DNA of 64,000 nt from an uncultured delta proteobacterium (lineage in GTDB: Bacteria > Myxococcota > Myxococcia > Myxococcales > Myxococcaceae). Positions 58,897 to 64,000 of the stretch are shown here, one piece after another. A program made the position numbers and the translations under genes. A model generated the notes under the pieces. That model did not search any database and was not told the origin of the DNA. It saw only the letters and a program-made list of their open reading frames with translations. The DNA lies in NCBI GenBank assembly GCA_963776345.1, contig CAVZMH010000022.1:416001-480000 (forward strand), written 5' to 3'. Numbering within the stretch: the stretch's first letter is position 1; each line of letters opens with the position of its first letter.

Positions 58897-58925
58897 AGTC
58901 TCCGGGGACAGCCCCGGGGTGTCAA
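58897..58925 (-). promoter_or_regulatory. sigma70-type promoter for the sdh operon
   Basis: TTGACA-17 nt-GAGACT upstream of the sdhC ATG. Confidence 0.55.
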
Positions 58926-58952
58926 GGAGTGACGATGCGTCCCCGGGAGCGG

Positions 58953-59453
58953 CTACTCGAGCCGCAACTCGCTGGGCTCGTCGTTCGCGGGGCGGAGTTG
59001 CACATTCTCCATCAGCACGCGCGCGCAAGTGTTCCAGCGAAGGATGGCGTCGTCGTTTCCGGGCGGCCTGAGCGCTTCCGCCTGTGAGTACCAGCGCATC
59101 GCGCGGCGGAAGCCGTCGTACGCTTCCTGGGGCCCGAGCGGCCCGCCGGACTCGAGCTTGGCCCGGGCGAGGCGCTCGTCGACGATGCCGGCGTAGTAGC
59201 AACGGTCGTACTCGGACGCGAAGTGGTCGAGGAGCGCGCGAGCCCGCGGGACGTCGGGTGGATGGCCGGTGCGGAAGCCGTCGGTGACGGCCAGCAAGTA
59301 GAGGGTGATGGCCTGCTGGTTGCCGGGCTCGGTGCGGAGCACGTCCTGGCAGATGCTCTCGGCTTGCTCGGGCTCGTTGAGCAGCCGGTAGCGCTCGGCC
59401 TTGGCGAGCGCAGCGGGGATGGCCTCGGCGCGCAGCGGCTTGAGCTCGAACAC
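58953..59453 (-). CDS. Conserved hypothetical helical (TPR-like) protein
   Basis: GTG after GAGGAGG; ALAKAERYRLLNEPEQAESIC, YYAGIV.ER, NDDAILRWNTCAR. Confidence 0.8.
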   Translation of the reverse strand: MFELKPLRAEAIPAALAKAERYRLLNEPEQAESICQDVLRTEPGNQQAITLYLLAVTDGFRTGHPPDVPRARALLDHFASEYDRCYYAGIVDERLARAKLESGGPLGPQEAYDGFRRAMRWYSQAEALRPPGNDDAILRWNTCARVLMENVQLRPANDEPSELRLE

Positions 59454-59593
59454 GGGCGCCTCCTCGGCGGTGACGGAGTGAGCTCTTCGGTTCTTACCAC
59501 GACCCCCTGCGGCTCCAGTCCATCTCCGCCTGCCGATGACGCTTCGCGGCGAGATTCGGGCGCGCTGCGCCGCAAGCGGTTCGTCCAGACCCG

Positions 59594-60100
59594 CTACGTT
59601 GCTGCTGATCCCGCGCCGAGCTCGGTGATGATCGCCGTCCGGACGTCGCGGAGCAGCCGGAGCAGGGTGGCCTCGGCGACCCGATGTCCCAGGGCGGCGT
59701 CGATGGCCGTCCCCAGAGTCCCGAGCGGGGGGCGGTAGCGACCCTGCAGATCGAGCTGCGTCTCGTGTGGCGACAGGGGGTAGGCGCTGAGCGTGGCCTC
59801 CATCGAGGGGAAGAAGCCGGCGTTCTGGGCAGCCTGCCAGGTGAAGTCGAGGCGCGTCCGCGGGTCGCCGACCGCAGTGACCTCGTCGATGATGGCGCCG
59901 ATCTTGAGCTGGACGTCGACCCCGACCTCCACCGGGCCGACGTTCAGGCGTAAGGTGGCCATGAGCTCGCGGGCGCGGTCGTTCGCCGTGGCCGTGGCGC
60001 GGGCGAAGATCCCGGCAGCGTCGGAACGGAGGAGCTCGCGGACCCGATCGTAGGGCACAGTCACGTAGTCGAAACAGCGCACCTCGCGTGACTCCGACAT
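59594..60100 (-). CDS. Hypothetical protein, SRPBCC-like
   Basis: W.A....GFFPSMEATL...TQL.L.G.YRPPLG.LG.AID...GHRVAEAT. Confidence 0.65.
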   Translation of the reverse strand: MSESREVRCFDYVTVPYDRVRELLRSDAAGIFARATATANDRARELMATLRLNVGPVEVGVDVQLKIGAIIDEVTAVGDPRTRLDFTWQAAQNAGFFPSMEATLSAYPLSPHETQLDLQGRYRPPLGTLGTAIDAALGHRVAEATLLRLLRDVRTAIITELGAGSAAT

Positions 60101-60137
60101 GGTCTTGGCATACCACGGAAGGCCTAGACTTCGCCGC

Positions 60138-60689
60138 ATGCCACGCGTTGGGGTGCTGCTCATCTCTGGCCTGCTGCTCTCCTCGTACGCACGGGCCAAG
60201 GATTCGGAGGCGCCGATGCAGATCTCGTCACCGAGCTTCACCCATCAGGGCGCGATTCCGGCGAAGTACACCTGCGAGGGAACCGACACCTCGCCGCCGC
60301 TCGCCTGGAGCGGAGTCCCTCCCTCCACGAAGAGTCTGGCCCTCATCGTCGACGACCCCGATGCCCCGGATCCGAGCGCACCGAGGATGACGTGGGTCCA
60401 CTGGGTCGTTTACAACTTGCCGCCACAGAGCACTGCACTCGGAGAAGGCGCGTCGGGGAAGTCGCTTCCGCAGGGGGCCAGGGAAGGGCTCAACGACTGG
60501 AAGAAGCCCGCCTACGGTGGGCCGTGCCCGCCCATCGGACGTCATCGATACGTCTTCAAGCTGTATGCGCTCGACATCGCGCTGCCTGATCTCGGCAGGC
60601 CCTCGAAGGCGGATGTGCTGAAGGCGATGCAGGGGCACGTGGTGGGCAACGCGGAGCTGGTCGGGACGTACCAGAAGGGCAAGAGGTGA
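60138..60689 (+). CDS. YbhB/YbcL (PEBP, Raf kinase inhibitor-like) protein, secreted
   Basis: SPPLAW, DDPDAP, WVHWVVYN, YGGPCPP.G.HRY.F.LYALD. Confidence 0.93.
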   Translation: MPRVGVLLISGLLLSSYARAKDSEAPMQISSPSFTHQGAIPAKYTCEGTDTSPPLAWSGVPPSTKSLALIVDDPDAPDPSAPRMTWVHWVVYNLPPQSTALGEGASGKSLPQGAREGLNDWKKPAYGGPCPPIGRHRYVFKLYALDIALPDLGRPSKADVLKAMQGHVVGNAELVGTYQKGKR

Positions 60690-60709
60690 CGACACCTCGG
60701 GGAGGTTCA

Positions 60710-61987
60710 ATGGAACTCGAGTACGCGTTCGAGATGGCGGCCTCCGCCATCCGCTTCGGGCGAGGAGTCACGCGCGAGGTGGGGATGGACCTGGCGGAGA
60801 TGAAGGTGCAAAAGGTGATGGTCCTCACCGATCCCACCCTGGCCAAGCTCAAGCCGGTGGACACCGTCCTCCAGAGCCTGCGCGACAACAGGATCACCTT
60901 CGCCCTCTTCGATCGGGTGCGGGTCGAGCCGACCGACGTCTCCTTCCGCGAGGCGATCGAGTTCGCCACCGAGGGTGGGTTCGACGCGTTCGTCGCCGTC
61001 GGAGGCGGGTCGACCATGGACACGGCGAAGGCGGCCGATCTCTACGCCACCTACCCGGCGGACTTCCTCGACTACGTCAACGCCCCGATCGGGAAGGGCA
61101 AGCCCGTCCCGGGCGCGATCAAGCCGCTGATCGCCGTCCCCACCACCGCCGGAACGGGAAGCGAGACCACCGGGGTCGCCATCTTCGACTACACGCCGCT
61201 CCACGCGAAGACCGGCATCGCCCATCGAAGGCTGAAGCCGCTGCTGGGGATCCTCGATCCCGAGAACACCCGGAGCATGCCGCCGCAGGTGGCCGCCACC
61301 AGCGGGTTCGACGTCCTCAGTCATGCCATCGAGTCCTTCACCGCGCTGCCCTTCCACCGCCGTCCCCGGCCGGAACGGCCCGTCGTCCGCCCGGCGTACC
61401 AGGGCTCGAACCCGATCAGCGATGTCTGGTCACTGGAGGCGATGCGCTCGGTCTCGAAGTACTTCGTCCGGGCGGTCGAGGATCCGGACGACGACGAGGC
61501 GCGCGAGAAGATGCAGCTCGCAGCCGCGTTCGCCGGCGTGGGCTTCGGGAACGCGGGCGTGCACCTGCCGCATGGAATGTCCTATCCGGTCTCGGGAATG
61601 GTCCGGGACTTCCACGCCGAGGGCTTCGCGGTCGGTCATCCGATCATTCCCCACGGCATGTCCGTGATCCTCAACGCCCCGGCGGTGTTCCGCTTCACCG
61701 CCGAGGCCTGTCCGGACCGCCACCTCGTCGCCGCGGAGATCCTGGGAGCCGACATCTCGCGCGCCAGGCCGGAGGACGCCGGCAAGATCCTTTCTGACCG
61801 GCTGGTGGGCATCATGCAGCGCCTGAAGATGCCCAACGGGTTGCGTTCGGTCGGCTACAGCAAGTCCGACATCCCGGCGCTGGTCCAGGGAACCCTGCCG
61901 CAAGCCCGGGTGACCAAGCTCTCTCCCCGGCCCGTGGGCGAGTCGGACCTGGCCCATCTGTTCGAGGACGCCCTCCAGGGATGGTGA
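60710..61987 (+). CDS. Hydroxyacid-oxoacid transhydrogenase (Fe-containing ADH family, ADHFE1-like)
   Basis: YAFEMAASAIRFG, VEPTD.SF, GGGS.MDTAKA, PTTAGTGSE, RPAYQGSNPISD, GNAGVHLPHGMSYP. Confidence 0.9.
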   Translation: MELEYAFEMAASAIRFGRGVTREVGMDLAEMKVQKVMVLTDPTLAKLKPVDTVLQSLRDNRITFALFDRVRVEPTDVSFREAIEFATEGGFDAFVAVGGGSTMDTAKAADLYATYPADFLDYVNAPIGKGKPVPGAIKPLIAVPTTAGTGSETTGVAIFDYTPLHAKTGIAHRRLKPLLGILDPENTRSMPPQVAATSGFDVLSHAIESFTALPFHRRPRPERPVVRPAYQGSNPISDVWSLEAMRSVSKYFVRAVEDPDDDEAREKMQLAAAFAGVGFGNAGVHLPHGMSYPVSGMVRDFHAEGFAVGHPIIPHGMSVILNAPAVFRFTAEACPDRHLVAAEILGADISRARPEDAGKILSDRLVGIMQRLKMPNGLRSVGYSKSDIPALVQGTLPQARVTKLSPRPVGESDLAHLFEDALQGW

Positions 61988-62451
61988 GCTCCGGTGTGCG
62001 CTTCGTGGAAGATGACCTGTCCGGCACGCCGACGCGCGCGCTGATCGCGCGCCACCTGGCGGGCATGCACGCCAACTCGCCGCCCGAGAGCGTGCACGCC
62101 TTCGACGTGGAGAAGCTCCGGCAGCCCGGCGTCACCTTCTGGTCCGCCTGGGTCGGCGAGGAGATCGCCGGCTGTGGCGCGCTCAAGGTGCTCGACGCCG
62201 AGCGCGGCGAGCTGAAGTCGATGCGGGTCGCCGATCCCTTCCTCGGCAATGGAATCGGCCGGGCGATCCTCGAGCACCTGGTCGCGGAGGCGAGGTCGCG
62301 AGGCCTGCGAGGCCTCTGGCTGGAGACCGGTTCGGCGCCGGCGTTCGTTCCCGCGCTGCGGCTCTACGAGAGCGCGGGCTTCCGGCGCTGCGGACCGTTC
62401 GGAGAGTACCGGGAGGATCCGTTCAGCGTGTTCATGACCCGGGAGCTCTGA
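61981..62451 (+). CDS. GNAT N-acetyltransferase (YsnE-like)
   Basis: SPPESVHA, GCGALK, GELKSMR, LETG...F.PA.RLY, DPFSVFM. Confidence 0.9.
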   Translation: MVSSGVRFVEDDLSGTPTRALIARHLAGMHANSPPESVHAFDVEKLRQPGVTFWSAWVGEEIAGCGALKVLDAERGELKSMRVADPFLGNGIGRAILEHLVAEARSRGLRGLWLETGSAPAFVPALRLYESAGFRRCGPFGEYREDPFSVFMTREL

Positions 62452-63118
62452 ACGCCGCGTCCCGAGTCCAGACCTGGAGGCGGGAGGCAAGGGCGTAGCT
62501 CGCGAAGGCGAAGAGGGGCGCCACCAGGACGTCCACCGTGTAGTGCACGTGCTGCCACAGCACGCAGCCGGCGACCGCGGCGGTGCAGGCGAGGAAGAAG
62601 GCCCGCGTCGCCCGGCCCGGCGCCACCAGCACCAGCAGGAACGCCGTCGAGGTGTGGCCGGAGAAGAAGAGGTCCTTGGTGAGGAGCTGGCCACCGGTTC
62701 CGAGGAACTGCACCAGGGGATCTTGCAGCCCCAGCATGCCCGGTGGCGCCTCGAGCGGCGTCACCGACATCGCGGCCATGCGCAGGAGCACCATCACCAC
62801 GTAGGCCTGGAACCCCAGCATCAGGCGCCGCGGGTGCGGGAGCAGCACCGCCACCGCGGTGAGGATGCCGGCGTAGACGAGCGCGAAGGTGACCCAGGTG
62901 ACGTCTCGCGGCGGAATCACGGCCAGCACCGGATCGGGCAGGACCACTCCGGGCCGGAGCTCCACCCAGCTCAGGAAACGGGTCAGGACGGCGAGGACCG
63001 CCACCAGTGCCGCGAGCGTGAGCAGGAGCTCGCGGCGAAAGCGCCGGTCGCTCAAGACATCGCTCCAGGCGCGCGCGGCGGAGCTCAAGGGGCGGGTGGC
63101 GTCGAGGGTATCCAGCAT
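62432..63118 (-). CDS. PAP2-related / sphingomyelin-synthase-like membrane phosphotransferase
   Basis: LPDPVL, multiple TM helices, DLFFSGHT, HVHYTVDV. Confidence 0.8.
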   Translation of the reverse strand: MLDTLDATRPLSSAARAWSDVLSDRRFRRELLLTLAALVAVLAVLTRFLSWVELRPGVVLPDPVLAVIPPRDVTWVTFALVYAGILTAVAVLLPHPRRLMLGFQAYVVMVLLRMAAMSVTPLEAPPGMLGLQDPLVQFLGTGGQLLTKDLFFSGHTSTAFLLVLVAPGRATRAFFLACTAAVAGCVLWQHVHYTVDVLVAPLFAFASYALASRLQVWTRDAAFRAPGS

Positions 63119-63296
63119 GCGGTCGCGCTCGAAGGCGAGCGTCTTACCGCGTCCGGGTGCCCGAGATCCTCGGAAACTGACCACCCCCGGTGAGATTGCC
63201 GGGGAGGTCCTCGCCGTCCGCGGCAAGAACGCGGTGGAAGGCAGCGCGGGTGAAGCGGTCCGGAGTGCCGCCTGGTCGGCTTTGCGCGCCTACGAA

Positions 63297-63596
63297 CTAG
63301 ACGCTGGGCGACTTCCCCGGGCGAAACTGGCCAGCTGCTTCGGGTGAGATCGACGGGGAGGGCGAAGTGGATGGCGAGGGGTGGAGTACCTTGTCCACGC
63401 GGCGCGCCAGACCCTGCCGCCGCTCGGCACCCGACGCATTCGTGAAGAGCAGCGCGACCACGGCGCCCACCATGGCGCCGACCACCAGGCCACCGACCGC
63501 GGGGGCGACCCAGTCCGTGGTTCGCTTACGCTGAACCCCGAGGGCGCCAAGGATGGTGTCGGCGTCGAGGTTCTTGAGATCGTTCAGGTGAGACAT
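63297..63596 (-). CDS. YtxH-domain small membrane protein
   Basis: RBS GAGGAG; GLVVGAMVGAVVALLF...SG.E.R. Confidence 0.75.
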   Translation of the reverse strand: MSHLNDLKNLDADTILGALGVQRKRTTDWVAPAVGGLVVGAMVGAVVALLFTNASGAERRQGLARRVDKVLHPSPSTSPSPSISPEAAGQFRPGKSPSV

Positions 63597-63668
63597 GATC
63601 GTCTCTCCTCTTGTCTTGTCGTGAAACGGGAAGTCCACTCCGCACGCAGTCGACATCGGTCCTCCTCC

Positions 63669-63758
63669 CTACCGGCCGCGCCTGCGCCAGTAGAAGCCGC
63701 CCCCGCCGAACAGGAGGACGATCAGGACGATCAGGACGATCAACGTTGTATCGCTCAT
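63669..63758 (-). CDS. 29-aa single-TM small protein
   Basis: Not in the ORF track; RBS GGAGG; MSDTTLIVLIVLIVLLFGGGGFYWRRRGR*. Confidence 0.75.
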   Translation of the reverse strand: MSDTTLIVLIVLIVLLFGGGGFYWRRRGR

Positions 63759-63798
63759 ACGAATTCCTCCCGGACTCCCCGGGTGGTGTTGTCTGTTT

Positions 63799-63999
63799 CT
63801 ATCTCTTCGCGGATTCCTTGATCGCCTCCGCCGTATCCTTCACCGCGTTCTTCGTATCCTCCGCCGTATCCTTCACCGCGTTCTTCACGTCCTTGACAGC
63901 GCCTTTGACTTGGCCCTTGAACGTGTCCCTCTCGCCCTCTTGCTTGAGCCCCTTGTCGCCCGTCAGATCACCCACGACTTCCTTGATCTTGCCCTTGGC
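63799..63999 (-). CDS. csbD: CsbD family general stress protein (start lies beyond the window)
   Basis: AKGKIKEVVGDLTGDKGLKQEGERDTFKGQVKGAVKDVKNAVKDTAEDTKNAVKDTAEAIKESAKR*. Confidence 0.85.
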   Translation of the reverse strand, partial: AKGKIKEVVGDLTGDKGLKQEGERDTFKGQVKGAVKDVKNAVKDTAEDTKNAVKDTAEAIKESAKR

Positions 64000-64000
64000 C

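Overview
High-GC bacterial DNA, most consistent with a myxobacterium (Myxococcota; inferred from GC content, many lipoproteins, a Hanks-type kinase and TfuA/YcaO). From left to right the window holds: the start of a liv-type branched-chain amino acid (BCAA) ABC transporter; several lipoproteins; a TyrA-chorismate mutase fusion; a complete nine-gene BCAA operon (ilvB-ilvN-leuA-leuC-leuD-leuB-ilvD-ilvC-ilvE, minus strand) headed by an unannotated Leu/Val/Ile-rich leader peptide with a full terminator/antiterminator attenuator; two Ig-repeat surface lipoproteins (one about 2,030 aa with 15 x 267-bp repeats and two beta-propellers, broken by six clustered frameshifts); a rubrerythrin / Fe-S oxidoreductase / DUF3501 cluster; an orphan YcaO-TfuA thioamidation pair; a Ser/Thr kinase fused to a periplasmic binding domain; a mycobacterial Sdh1-type succinate dehydrogenase; and small stress proteins (OsmC, YtxH, CsbD, a 29-aa membrane peptide). 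The most unexplained signal is a non-coding element of about 110 bp that occurs twice, 32 kb apart (5112-5220 and 37188-37298), each copy at the same distance upstream of an unrelated lipoprotein gene. Several short gene remnants point to past deletions. I saw no rRNA, tRNA, CRISPR array or transposase. All product calls come from recognising motifs by eye, not from database searches.
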